From a virus: a stretch of 64,000 nucleotides of DNA. The DNA lies in the IMG/VR virus record IMGVR_UViG_3300017650_000001, positions 39,621 to 103,620 of that record. One strand, written 5' to 3'. A program made the position numbers and the translations under genes. The notes under the pieces are model-generated. The model did no database searches, was not told the DNA's origin, and was given only the letters and a program-made list of their open reading frames with translations. Position 1 is the first letter of the stretch, and each line of letters begins with the position of its first letter. This document shows, one piece after another, positions 1-9,147 of this stretch.

Positions 1-172
1 TGAGATAAAGGTCAAAGTCGTTGACCGGTTCACCAAGCAGCATGGAAGCAAGGCAACCGCCAGTGACAATTGTGTCCTTAGCTGCGAGATTACGGACAGT
101 CTCGTCTTCGATCGATGCCAGCCAAGCATCAATCTTCTGCCGAATTACCTTCTTGATTGTCTTGGCTTTCAT
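1..172 (-). CDS. Nucleotidyltransferase (Pol-beta superfamily), N-terminal part, runs off the window edge
   Basis: Not in ORF track. Manual translation from ATG at 172: MKAKTIKKVIRQKIDAWLASIEDETVRNLAAKDTIVTGGCLASMLLGEPVNDFDLYL, with the hGG...DxD NTase signature; overlaps the recA 3' end. Confidence 0.7.
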   Translation of the reverse strand, partial: MKAKTIKKVIRQKIDAWLASIEDETVRNLAAKDTIVTGGCLASMLLGEPVNDFDLYL

Positions 173-1127
173 TCCGCGGTGAAACACGTCCACGAGATTT
201 CTCCTTCACAACCCCATATTTTGGTTCTTTTGGCAAGAAATCGTTTTCGATCTCCCACCAGCGTCGCTTTACTTCTGCTCGAAGCTCCTCAAGTGGTGTA
301 CCTTTTTCGGGAGGCTTTTTATTCACCTCTTTGAGAAACTCAAAGCAAGCGTCGTAATCATCAATACCATACCCAAATAGTATCTTGAACTCTGCTGAGC
401 GATAGGGCAGTCCTACCTTGTTTTTATCTAGTTGAGCCTTCACCCAAGTACCGGTCGTTCGCTCAACACCTTTGATAGATCGTTTGACCTTCTCGATTTG
501 TGCTAACCATACGATCTGACTTGAATAGAAATCGAGAGCTTTGCCGCCCGAACGCTGATGCTTCTTAGCAAACATCGCAGCACCGATGTTGTCTCGAATC
601 TGCGATATCACGAACAGAGTAATATCTTTTTCTGCAAGCCCGCGTACTTGGCGACGGAAAAGCTCTGATAGCTTCTTGGCCTTAGCAGCGCCATAAGTGC
701 CGTCATCTATATCGCGCTTCATCTCCGCTCTATCGCTGAGAGAATCTAAAGAGTCAACAACATAGAATTCAGGACCACGCGCTCCTTTGATGACACGCTC
801 AAGATCTTCAAATAGATCCTCAATTGTGTCTACAGGATCACCAAAATCAACTTTTTCAACAGGGAATCCCAATGCAGCCGCGTAGTCATTATCAAAAGCA
901 GATTCAGCTTCTCGATAACGTATCTTTGCCTTGGGCAGAATCATATTGAAGTTGGCACAAGCTTCAATAGCCAGAAGCGTTTTGCCAACAGCTTTATCGG
1001 CAACGACATTTGCGATACGAGATCGTGCCCACCCACCTCCAAGTGCGAGGTCGAGTGTTGTGCATCCACTGGGAATGAATTTCACATCTTTCTTTGGAGT
1101 ACCAAAGTATAATCCGCCACCCGACAT
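129..1127 (-). CDS. recA: RecA/UvsX-like recombinase
   Basis: PSGCTTLDLALGGG, Walker A-like ADKAVGKT, Walker B VVDSLDSL, ISQIRDNIG...SGGKALDFYSS, KNKVG motifs. Confidence 0.93.
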   Translation of the reverse strand: MSGGGLYFGTPKKDVKFIPSGCTTLDLALGGGWARSRIANVVADKAVGKTLLAIEACANFNMILPKAKIRYREAESAFDNDYAAALGFPVEKVDFGDPVDTIEDLFEDLERVIKGARGPEFYVVDSLDSLSDRAEMKRDIDDGTYGAAKAKKLSELFRRQVRGLAEKDITLFVISQIRDNIGAAMFAKKHQRSGGKALDFYSSQIVWLAQIEKVKRSIKGVERTTGTWVKAQLDKNKVGLPYRSAEFKILFGYGIDDYDACFEFLKEVNKKPPEKGTPLEELRAEVKRRWWEIENDFLPKEPKYGVVKEKSRGRVSPRNESQDNQEGNSAED

Positions 1128-1298
1128 TTACTTCGCTTGACCTTCATTGTGAGCAAGCCAAATGGTTCCAAATAACAAAACAGGAACGATAAGGATGTGG
1201 AGGACGAGGCTTGCAAAACTTGGCTGCGACATAAATCCCGTCGCTCCCCATGTTACAAGCGCACCATAAGTCGATAGATTCTTATGACTGATCATCAT
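1128..1298 (-). CDS. Small membrane protein
   Basis: Two hydrophobic segments; ATG at 1298 overlaps the terC stop. Confidence 0.5.
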   Translation of the reverse strand: MMISHKNLSTYGALVTWGATGFMSQPSFASLVLHILIVPVLLFGTIWLAHNEGQAK

Positions 1299-1990
1299 GA
1301 CAGTTTCATCACTTTGAGGAAATCGCGCCGCCACAGGAATCCAAGCAGTAGAACAGACAGAGCACCCGCAGCGGCTGCGGTATAGAGGTGCCCATCTCCG
1401 ATCACAGATAAAACAACAGCATCCGTTGAAATTGTCTCTCCCGCGATCCAGCCTAGCAAACCAGCACCCAGCCAGATCAAAATTGGAAGCCTATCCAAGA
1501 CCTCTACAATAAAGGAAGCACCTGCGATAATCAAAGGAATACTAAGCGCAAGACCGATTCCCAGCAACAACAAGCTTCCATTCGCAGCGGCCGCAACAGC
1601 AATGATGTTATCAAGGCTCATAGTCGCATCTGCGATCAGCACAGTGACAATAGCTGAAAAGAGTGTAGCTGCTTCCGATACCTTTGAATCTTCTTCTTTA
1701 GGCGGAGCGAGCAGCTTAACTGCAATAATAAACAGGAGGAAACCACCGATAGCCTTAGCGTAAGGCCATTCCATCACTGTTGATGCGAATCCTGTTAGGA
1801 CAACCCGCATCGCAACAGCAGCAACGGCGCCAAAGACCATACCCAAAGCACGCTGCCGATGTGGAAGATTGCGGCACACCATAGCAATAACAAGAGCGTT
1901 ATCGCCAGATAGAAAGATATCAATCCAAACAATTTTGCTGAATGCCAGCCAAAATAAAGGATGCGAAATCTCGTTGTACAAATATTCCAC
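1295..1990 (-). CDS. terC: TerC-family (YjbE-like) integral membrane protein
   Basis: IDIFLSGDNALVIAM and ADATMSLDNIIAVAAAA TerC signatures; multiple TM helices. Confidence 0.9.
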   Translation of the reverse strand: MEYLYNEISHPLFWLAFSKIVWIDIFLSGDNALVIAMVCRNLPHRQRALGMVFGAVAAVAMRVVLTGFASTVMEWPYAKAIGGFLLFIIAVKLLAPPKEEDSKVSEAATLFSAIVTVLIADATMSLDNIIAVAAAANGSLLLLGIGLALSIPLIIAGASFIVEVLDRLPILIWLGAGLLGWIAGETISTDAVVLSVIGDGHLYTAAAAGALSVLLLGFLWRRDFLKVMKLS

Positions 1991-2010
1991 GGAAACCCCC
2001 TATAAGAACA

Positions 2011-2109
2011 TCAGGAGGAGTAGGTCTGTTTGCTTCTCTAGCTGACTAGGCCAGGATATCCGTATAGTCTTATACGGCCAAAGCTACCACAGGTTGCTTA
2101 CTCCTCCTG
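2011..2109 (-). promoter_or_regulatory. Structured RNA element between terB and terC
   Basis: Terminal stem CAGGAGGAGTA...TACTCCTCCTG with internal hairpin CCGTATA-AGAC-TATACGG, just upstream of the terC RBS. Confidence 0.45.
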
Positions 2110-2116
2110 TAACCGA

Positions 2117-2572
2117 TTAGAACTCGAACTTGGACGGGTCGACGCCGAGACGGTCAGCGATCTTCTTCAGGACTGCTTCTTCCTCCGGAGCGACGGAACC
2201 ATCTGCCGAAGCGATGTCCGCAGCGACGAGGTAGACATCTTCCGACATCGCCTTGCCGTTCTCCAACCCGCGTACCTTGTCAATGTAGCGAGCCAATTCC
2301 TGGCGCCCAGACTTGTCCTTCGACAGCTTCAGCATCCGGTCCGTGGTTTCTTCGATCTTGTCGCCGCTATACAGCTTCGAAAGTGTCGAGTGATTGCGGA
2401 TTAGCGAAATTGCCTTGGTACGCTCGCTGTCCTCGATCACACCATCCGCGTTAGCCACAAGAGCAGATGACGAACAGACCGCATTCAAGAAATCATCTGT
2501 CTTGCCGTATTCCGACGACACTTCCTTGACGCCGGACGCAATAGCCTTCTTCAAGGCTCCGAAAATGCTCAT
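2117..2572 (-). CDS. terB: TerB-family tellurite resistance protein
   Basis: Two ADG.....E motifs (ALVANADGVIEDSE; IASADGSVAPEEEAVLKKIADRLG). Confidence 0.88.
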   Translation of the reverse strand: MSIFGALKKAIASGVKEVSSEYGKTDDFLNAVCSSSALVANADGVIEDSERTKAISLIRNHSTLSKLYSGDKIEETTDRMLKLSKDKSGRQELARYIDKVRGLENGKAMSEDVYLVAADIASADGSVAPEEEAVLKKIADRLGVDPSKFEF

Positions 2573-2653
2573 ATAGTATCTCCCAAAATGAGCTATAGAT
2601 TGGCGCTGATGAAACGGTTTGGGCCGCGCCGAAAACCCAAACCGTTCGCAAAC

Positions 2654-3772
2654 TTAGCGAGTCCGTCCACGACGCGTAGGACGCTCCTCAACTTCCTCTT
2701 CCTCAGGATCTTCTTCGACCACACGACGACCAGCAGACCGACGCGGCGGCGGAGTCTCTTCAGCTTCCTCGTCGACTTCCTCGTCAACCGGGGCAGGACG
2801 ACGCGAAGTCGAGCGCCGTGGAGCAGGGGTTTCCTCCTCCTCTTCCTCTACAGGAGCGGCGCGGCGACCACGTCCACGAGGTGCTTCTTCCTCTTCCGGA
2901 TCAGCATCTGCGGGGTCGTTATCCCGACGTGGTCCACGACGCGCAGGACGCTCGTCTGCGTCAAACGGAGGATCTTCTTCCTCCTCTGCACCGCGACGCG
3001 AACTTGAACGACGCGGACGATCTTCATCATCGTCATCGTTCTTGATATCCTTGTCGCCCTTCTCAATCGTACCTGAAAGCACACCCTTCAGATAATCATA
3101 ATCGTAGAAGTTGAGAGTGTCTGGGATGGGATTTTCACGGACGTAATCAAGGATCTCGTCCTGAACCTTCTCATTCTCGTGCAATGGCGTGTCGTTGCGA
3201 TCGATCTGCCAGCCGTAATACTTGGTCTTGAGCCCAGTTCCTTGGCGCTTGAACGACACATCAAATCCCTTGTCCGGATGATCGATCATCAAGACTTCAC
3301 CCGTGCGCTCATTCACGCAAAGAGCAGAGACATCGCGATCTTGCGTCCAAGACTGATTCCAAAGAACCGGCTTGTCAGGATCGTCACCCTCACGGTCGAG
3401 GATCCAAGAAACAATGCGCTCACTCGTTCCAAGCGCTTTCGCTTCTTCAGCCTCGCCCGCATCCTTCGCGTCTTTTGCAGCGTCGCAAATGGCGCAAGGC
3501 TTGCCCAACATCTTACGCGGGCACAAGTAGGTCGAATTGTCGGGACCGATATTGTTGTGCACAAAAATCGTGTACCCGTAATGATCACTATCATCCCAAG
3601 TCGGAGGGATGTATCGGGTTAAGTTGTCACCCGTACGAGCAGTGAAGGTATCATATCCCTGCTTGAAGATCGAGTCAAAGTTGCCAACCTTGCGATTAGC
3701 ACGACCCTTGACCTGTTCTGCTGTCCGCGGCTTGTACACAAAGCCGCTCTTCTTTGTACTCTTTAGCGCCAT
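2654..3772 (-). CDS. Single-stranded DNA-binding protein (gp32-like) with long acidic/Arg tail
   Basis: His/Cys Zn ligands (H..CPR..PCAICD), GFDVSFKRQGTGLKTKY motif, low-complexity acidic C-terminus, replication context. Confidence 0.75.
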   Translation of the reverse strand: MALKSTKKSGFVYKPRTAEQVKGRANRKVGNFDSIFKQGYDTFTARTGDNLTRYIPPTWDDSDHYGYTIFVHNNIGPDNSTYLCPRKMLGKPCAICDAAKDAKDAGEAEEAKALGTSERIVSWILDREGDDPDKPVLWNQSWTQDRDVSALCVNERTGEVLMIDHPDKGFDVSFKRQGTGLKTKYYGWQIDRNDTPLHENEKVQDEILDYVRENPIPDTLNFYDYDYLKGVLSGTIEKGDKDIKNDDDDEDRPRRSSSRRGAEEEEDPPFDADERPARRGPRRDNDPADADPEEEEAPRGRGRRAAPVEEEEEETPAPRRSTSRRPAPVDEEVDEEAEETPPPRRSAGRRVVEEDPEEEEVEERPTRRGRTR

Positions 3773-3778
3773 ATACGC

Positions 3779-3949
3779 CTATCCTCCTAGAGTGCTTCTG
3801 CGAGTGCCATCAAATTCTCTGAAGAACTTGACTTGGTACTCAATTTTGGATCGAAAGAATGCTTTGCTGCATAGGCGCGACAAAACATACAAATACGCGG
3901 GAAATCCCGCAATTGCCCAAAAGAGCAAAAATAAAGTTTCGGAACTCAT
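3779..3949 (-). CDS. Small membrane protein (56 aa)
   Basis: Not in ORF track: MSSETLFLLFWAIAGFPAYLYVLSRLCSKAFFRSK...; ATGA overlap with the upstream stop; fills the gap. Confidence 0.55.
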   Translation of the reverse strand: MSSETLFLLFWAIAGFPAYLYVLSRLCSKAFFRSKIEYQVKFFREFDGTRRSTLGG

Positions 3950-4434
3950 GGACGGACTCTCCTTGAAGCATTCACAGACTTCGCAGTATCTGCCCGCATT
4001 GTTTTGATGTCAGCATGACCGGTCCGAACTTCGGTCTTGTCGCTGTAGTAGTTTGCGAGATAGAGATCAACCAGCTTAGACAATGCATAGGAACGCTGAT
4101 CAAAAGCTTCTTTCAACACAGACCACTGTGATGCATCAAGCTTTCTATTCAGGTAGTCTTGATTTGCTGCTTTGACTCGATTATCGACTTTCTTTTGGCT
4201 CTCAACTTCCTTTTCTGTGATCTTGTCACCATTTTGAGAAGCTGTACCTCGAATTTCAGCATCTACAAACGCCTCAACCTCTTCAAGGGTTTGCTTGGCC
4301 GCATCACGATCAGAAATCGCAAACGCGAGTTCCATACCGACATCAAAAACAAAATCAGGATGGTCGCGTAAAGCAAATTCCAAGCCGTGCTCGTCAATGG
4401 CTAGTTTCTTTTTGAATTCTAGTAATTTACTCAT
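3946..4434 (-). CDS. UvsY-like recombination mediator
   Basis: Helical protein with KITEKEVESQ..D and LKEAFDQRSYAL pattern; near ssb and recA. Confidence 0.6.
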   Translation of the reverse strand: MSKLLEFKKKLAIDEHGLEFALRDHPDFVFDVGMELAFAISDRDAAKQTLEEVEAFVDAEIRGTASQNGDKITEKEVESQKKVDNRVKAANQDYLNRKLDASQWSVLKEAFDQRSYALSKLVDLYLANYYSDKTEVRTGHADIKTMRADTAKSVNASRRVRP

Positions 4435-4452
4435 GCAACTACATACGCAACG

Positions 4453-5391
4453 CTATTCCGAAAATAGCGCCCTTCCTATTGATAGGAGTAGAGGCGCTTG
4501 TCCTTCGGTTCCTGTGTAGGACTGCATGAACGCATCCAGTTTCTGCATGAAGCCAACAGCCGTTTTATCATCTTTTGAATTCCTCAAGCATGAAGCTAGA
4601 TAGTTAGCAACGAGGATACGAACGCCCTCAGGGTTTTCACCCTCAAGCTTTTTCAAAATGGTCATAGCCTTAGACCATGATCCATTCCCTTGCGCGATAA
4701 ACTGACACAATTCAAGTGTTGCATCACTTTCAACTGCTGTTTTTAACAATTCAGCAGCTTCTTTCTTATTGCGAGCTGTCCGCGCTACAACAAGATTAGA
4801 TAAGAGTTGTCTTGGAGACCCTTTTGCTTCACGAATTAGAAGGTCAAAGACCTCTTGATCAATATCGATTTTCTCGTCAGCACAAACGTCATCCAGCAAC
4901 AAAGCAAGATCCTTATCGGACACAGGCTTGAGTTCAAACTTAGCACATCGCGACTTAATTGTCGTCGGAATCTTCGCTGGATTGGTTGTGCAGAAACACC
5001 AAACAACATGCTTTGGAGGTTCTTCAAGCGTCTTCAGCAAACTATCCAAAGCTTGCTTGGATAGTGAATGTGCCTCGTCCAGGATGATGGCTCGCATCCC
5101 AGAAGCACCAAAGGGACGATATCGGAGAATTTCTTGAATGTTACGCATGGAATCGATGCCGGTAAAGGTCGCAGCATCGATTTCAACAATTGCGCTTTGT
5201 GTGTCTTCACAGCCGTACGACTTAGCTACAATTCGTGCTAAGGTAGTCTTTCCCGTCCCTGCCGGACCGGTGAAAAGGAAGATCTGACTGTCTTTCTTTT
5301 TGCAGACTGCTTGAAGCGATCGAACGACCGCAGACTGCCCAACAACATCAGCAAAGTTCTGCGGTCGGTACTTTGTTATGAGATTTGTCAA
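4453..5391 (-). CDS. dnaX: Clamp loader, DNA pol III gamma/tau-like AAA+
   Basis: KYRPQNFADVVGQ, GPAGTGKTT, ILDEAH, LLKTLEEPP, TIKSRC. Confidence 0.9.
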   Translation of the reverse strand: MTNLITKYRPQNFADVVGQSAVVRSLQAVCKKKDSQIFLFTGPAGTGKTTLARIVAKSYGCEDTQSAIVEIDAATFTGIDSMRNIQEILRYRPFGASGMRAIILDEAHSLSKQALDSLLKTLEEPPKHVVWCFCTTNPAKIPTTIKSRCAKFELKPVSDKDLALLLDDVCADEKIDIDQEVFDLLIREAKGSPRQLLSNLVVARTARNKKEAAELLKTAVESDATLELCQFIAQGNGSWSKAMTILKKLEGENPEGVRILVANYLASCLRNSKDDKTAVGFMQKLDAFMQSYTGTEGQAPLLLSIGRALFSE

Positions 5392-5717
5392 ATGTTTTTC
5401 TCGATATAGTCAGCGATTTCTTTGAATGACTTCTTTTCAGTGTCATTCATTTCCATGAGCAAATCCGTTTCTTCTTCACCCAATCCAACCTCATCCAAAA
5501 TATCTGGTCCTAAAGTCCCTGTATTCGTCAGATTACCAGATGGAAACTCCGCGCACCCTGAATACAGTGAAAACTTCGCACCCGAAACTCGACAAAGAAC
5601 ACCAAGACAACAATATCGTGCACGTGATCCTGATCGATCAATCAACGATTCTCGAGCTTGTCGATAGTTACCACTACGCAAAGCAGCTACCCAACGCTTC
5701 TTCAGCTTCTTATCCAT
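5388..5717 (-). CDS. Conserved phage hypothetical protein (CCLGV family)
   Basis: WVAALRSGNYRQ...YCCLGVLC...MND...SFKEIADYIEKN; paralog of the next ORF. Confidence 0.75.
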   Translation of the reverse strand: MDKKLKKRWVAALRSGNYRQARESLIDRSGSRARYCCLGVLCRVSGAKFSLYSGCAEFPSGNLTNTGTLGPDILDEVGLGEEETDLLMEMNDTEKKSFKEIADYIEKNI

Positions 5718-5729
5718 GACAACAACCCC

Positions 5730-6068
5730 TTAAAGATTCTTTTCGACCCAGTCTGCGATTTCCTTGAAAGAGTTTCCGTAATTATCGTTCATTCCCATAA
5801 GCTTATCAGCAACAACATGTGAAAGACCAAGCTCATCAAGGACGGGAATGCTCAAAGTACAAACATTAGTTATGTTTCCTGAAGGGAAAACAGCGCGACC
5901 CGTTATATCAAACTGAGCACCAGCTACTCGACAGAGTACACCCAAGCAACAGTAGGTTGACCGTTTGCCAGCCTTTCGGTTACCTTTTCTATTTAGAACT
6001 TTCCTTGTTTGACGATAGCCACGACCACGAAGTGCTTTTACCCAAGCACGTTTCAGATCACCTTTCAT
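5730..6068 (-). CDS. Conserved phage hypothetical protein (CCLGV family), tandem paralog
   Basis: WVKALRGRGYRQ...YCCLGVLC...MND...SFKEIADWVEKN. Confidence 0.75.
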   Translation of the reverse strand: MKGDLKRAWVKALRGRGYRQTRKVLNRKGNRKAGKRSTYCCLGVLCRVAGAQFDITGRAVFPSGNITNVCTLSIPVLDELGLSHVVADKLMGMNDNYGNSFKEIADWVEKNL

Positions 6069-6106
6069 TGTAAACCCCTAATAGAAATAGATGTGGAAAC
6101 ATACGC

Positions 6107-6598
6107 TCAACTAAAATCGCGCACATACCGTGTAGCAACTTCAGGTATTGCTAAGTTATCTACGCGAATGTCGTATTCTTTCGCGATACGCAGAGCTTGT
6201 CCCGTCCCACCTCCCATCAATCCTGCTTTGGTCCAACAGATAATCAACATAGTAGGAGTCTTGAGATCGTGTCCCAAAACTTGGTGGCAATTGCGCGCAT
6301 GGAAAGCGCGGGCTGTTTCATTACAATTATGCCATGCAGGATGAAATTGTGCAGCCATCTTGAAAGCAGCTTCGGTCGGAAGCAGTTTTGACTTGGAACC
6401 ATTAAATCCCAGCCAGGGGAGATAAATCTCCTTCTGGTCACCAGCTCCTTTTTCAAAGGCGGTATCAGCGCCCTTAGCTCCTCCAGAACGCAAAGTATAA
6501 CCAGAAATAGCCATCTTCTTAGCCGTTCTGGTCATAAGGCGCATGACTGCTTCAGGAGTTTCTCGACTACCTATTCCTGTATAAATGAAGTCAACCAT
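6107..6598 (-). CDS. SLOG/DprA-Smf-like nucleotide-binding protein
   Basis: YTGIGSRETP, LRSGGAKGAD, ARN, GGTGQALRIA motifs. Confidence 0.75.
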   Translation of the reverse strand: MVDFIYTGIGSRETPEAVMRLMTRTAKKMAISGYTLRSGGAKGADTAFEKGAGDQKEIYLPWLGFNGSKSKLLPTEAAFKMAAQFHPAWHNCNETARAFHARNCHQVLGHDLKTPTMLIICWTKAGLMGGGTGQALRIAKEYDIRVDNLAIPEVATRYVRDFS

Positions 6599-9147
6599 TA
6601 CACACCCTTAATTTCAACAATTCCATTCCATTTATCGTTCGCAAACTTACCGACTTCCTCCATATGGATCCAATCTTCACCAACACTCATTTCAACTTCA
6701 ATTGGGACAATGTTGGCCCATTCAAAAGGAACAGTAATCATGTTGTGGACAACAATCTCTGCTCGCTTTTCAATTTCATCCTTTGGCCAGCAGAAAGTCA
6801 AATCGTCGTGGACCATCAGCATAGGTTGGTAACGCGGATCCTCCCGCTCAGACAGTCGCGCCATAGCATCCATGACAATTATGCTCTCATCGCTCTGGAT
6901 TGGCGTGTTGATGCGTTCATTTGGCGAGACTGGGGCATAGCGCCGGAAACCTGACAACCCTGTGACATAGCCATTTTTGAAATAGAACTTCTCAAGCGCT
7001 TTATGCCACTTGGCAATATCATGGAATTGATCGAAGAATTCTTCTTGAATACCCTCAATCACATTCTTTGGGATACTCAAACTTTCAGATATTGAGAAGG
7101 CTTGTGCTCCAAAGAACGATGGGAATACAAATTTGTTTTTTGCAAGGTGTCGGAAAGACTTCAAAGCAGCTTTGTCTTGTAACGCTGACTTAGGTATCCA
7201 TCGTGGGTAATGTTTGTTGATTGTCTCCATCCACGTCGTGTGGATATCATAATTGTGCCAATAAGCATCGACCAAAGCTTGATCTTTTGATTCCATGGCC
7301 ACATTTCGAGCTTGAATACCCGAGTAGTCAAAAGATACAATTCGCATGTTTGCATCGGGATGCTTAACTTGCGCGCGAACTTCTTTCTGTTCCTCGTGGC
7401 GTTTAGGCCAATTCTGAATATTGGGGTCACTTGATCCCGTCCGCCATGAAATTGTAACAGTCGATGAAATGATCGGATGCATCATTCCATCTGGGAAAAC
7501 AACATTATCCTCTTCTTCCTCGTCAACAGGAAGAATATAGGTGCTCAAAACCTTGTTAACTTCACGCCATCGCACAATCTTCTTGGCAATAGGATGATCG
7601 ACATGGTCAAGATCACCTTTAGTTGATTTTTCAATGTTCTGTTTGAGAACATCGCGCATCAAGAAGTTGACATCAGGTACGGATGATGGATTGAACGCTC
7701 GTCCTTTTAATTCTTCAAACTTCCGGACAGCATCTTCTTCGTTAATTTCCGCAGCGATTTTTGCAGCTCGCTTTTTATACTTCTTCTTAAAGTCCTGTAC
7801 AACATCTTGCGAGACAGGAACACCCTCCAACTGACCGAGTACAAGTGATGGAAGTCGTCGTAATTGTTGCCTGTAAACACTAACTAACTTTCGATCTTTG
7901 ATCAAAGGAACTTGCGCGAGGTACAGATTGCGATGGTACCGCGCGTCAATCGCATTGTATTTCAAAACTTGAGGAAGTGGGGACTTCTCAAGATTCTTGC
8001 GGTCGAGACCTGAAATAGCTTTCAGATTGAGTCCAAAATGGAGTAAGCAGAGGAAGTCCAAAGATAGACCACCGCGGCGAGCATCAAGAACGTAAGCTTG
8101 AGACTCACTATCTTCCCAACGTCCTGCATAGAAACAGCCGCGTCCATAGAAATAGCCAAACCACTCCAGCTCAAATGGTAAGTGATGGACGATTTTCCTG
8201 CACTTCGATTCATATAAGAAGCGTTTGATCAAAACATCAAGCTGCTTTCGCTCTAAAACAGTCCAAGTCGCTTGTGGATGATCTACTGGAAAAGCAAACG
8301 TCATCGACTTTGACGATACTGCAATACTTAGAATCTTGGCTTTTTTCTGGAAAGGTCGAAGGCAATTTGTTTCGATATCAACGCCTGCTGACGGCTCGTT
8401 TGCTGCAATATCCAACAATTCAGCAATACGACCGATATCTTCTACCAGTTCAATATCAGATGTTGCGTAGTCAACAGTGTGAATATCAGGTTCTGGAAGT
8501 TTTTCAACTTCTGAGAAGGCTCTTGCGACATCAAGCGCAAACGCAAACTCCTCTTCACTACCGTAAGAATTAGCATCACGCGGTTCAAACTTCCGCAGAC
8601 ATTGAATGTACGAAGGATGATGCATTGGGTAGTACCAACAATCGTGGTTCCCAATGCGGACAGGCAAGCGACGCCCACGCCAAAGACCAATGCTTCGATA
8701 CTTTGAATCAGGATTTACAATCTGATACAAAGGAATTGAACCGAACCCAAAAATGGCTCGAGGCTTGTGCTGCTCAACATCACGCACAAGTCTCGGATAG
8801 CAACATGTGAATTCGACAACTTCTGGGGTTCGATTATCAGGAGGTCGGCAGTTTACCGCATTCGTCCAACGAATATCACGATCATCCCAGTCTTCCGGGA
8901 TCCGCATCCGCAACACGCGGCCCGCTTTACCTACAAACTGGCGACCTTTTTCATCCTCGTTACGTCCGGGAGCTTCTCCAACGATAAGAACTGTGGGACT
9001 CTTGCTTCCCGTAGGTTCCATCTTTGGAGACAAATTTTGGACTTGGTTCAGCGGGCAGACTGAACACTCATGACGCTTCAAGAAGTCTGGAGATAAGCCT
9101 TTGAGGTTTTTGTCAGCTTTCTTGCTTTCGGTGAAAAAGAATCCCAT
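6598..9147 (-). CDS. polA: Family A DNA polymerase with N-terminal family-4 uracil-DNA glycosylase-like domain and 3'-5' exonuclease
   Basis: UDG: CSVC, IVGEAPG..ED..G..FVG.AG, NCRPP.NR, HPSY. Exo: VDIET, YNAIDA. Pol: SSDPNIQNWP, FDYSGIQAR, NTPIQS, MVHDDL. Confidence 0.92.
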   Translation of the reverse strand: MGFFFTESKKADKNLKGLSPDFLKRHECSVCPLNQVQNLSPKMEPTGSKSPTVLIVGEAPGRNEDEKGRQFVGKAGRVLRMRIPEDWDDRDIRWTNAVNCRPPDNRTPEVVEFTCCYPRLVRDVEQHKPRAIFGFGSIPLYQIVNPDSKYRSIGLWRGRRLPVRIGNHDCWYYPMHHPSYIQCLRKFEPRDANSYGSEEEFAFALDVARAFSEVEKLPEPDIHTVDYATSDIELVEDIGRIAELLDIAANEPSAGVDIETNCLRPFQKKAKILSIAVSSKSMTFAFPVDHPQATWTVLERKQLDVLIKRFLYESKCRKIVHHLPFELEWFGYFYGRGCFYAGRWEDSESQAYVLDARRGGLSLDFLCLLHFGLNLKAISGLDRKNLEKSPLPQVLKYNAIDARYHRNLYLAQVPLIKDRKLVSVYRQQLRRLPSLVLGQLEGVPVSQDVVQDFKKKYKKRAAKIAAEINEEDAVRKFEELKGRAFNPSSVPDVNFLMRDVLKQNIEKSTKGDLDHVDHPIAKKIVRWREVNKVLSTYILPVDEEEEDNVVFPDGMMHPIISSTVTISWRTGSSDPNIQNWPKRHEEQKEVRAQVKHPDANMRIVSFDYSGIQARNVAMESKDQALVDAYWHNYDIHTTWMETINKHYPRWIPKSALQDKAALKSFRHLAKNKFVFPSFFGAQAFSISESLSIPKNVIEGIQEEFFDQFHDIAKWHKALEKFYFKNGYVTGLSGFRRYAPVSPNERINTPIQSDESIIVMDAMARLSEREDPRYQPMLMVHDDLTFCWPKDEIEKRAEIVVHNMITVPFEWANIVPIEVEMSVGEDWIHMEEVGKFANDKWNGIVEIKGV

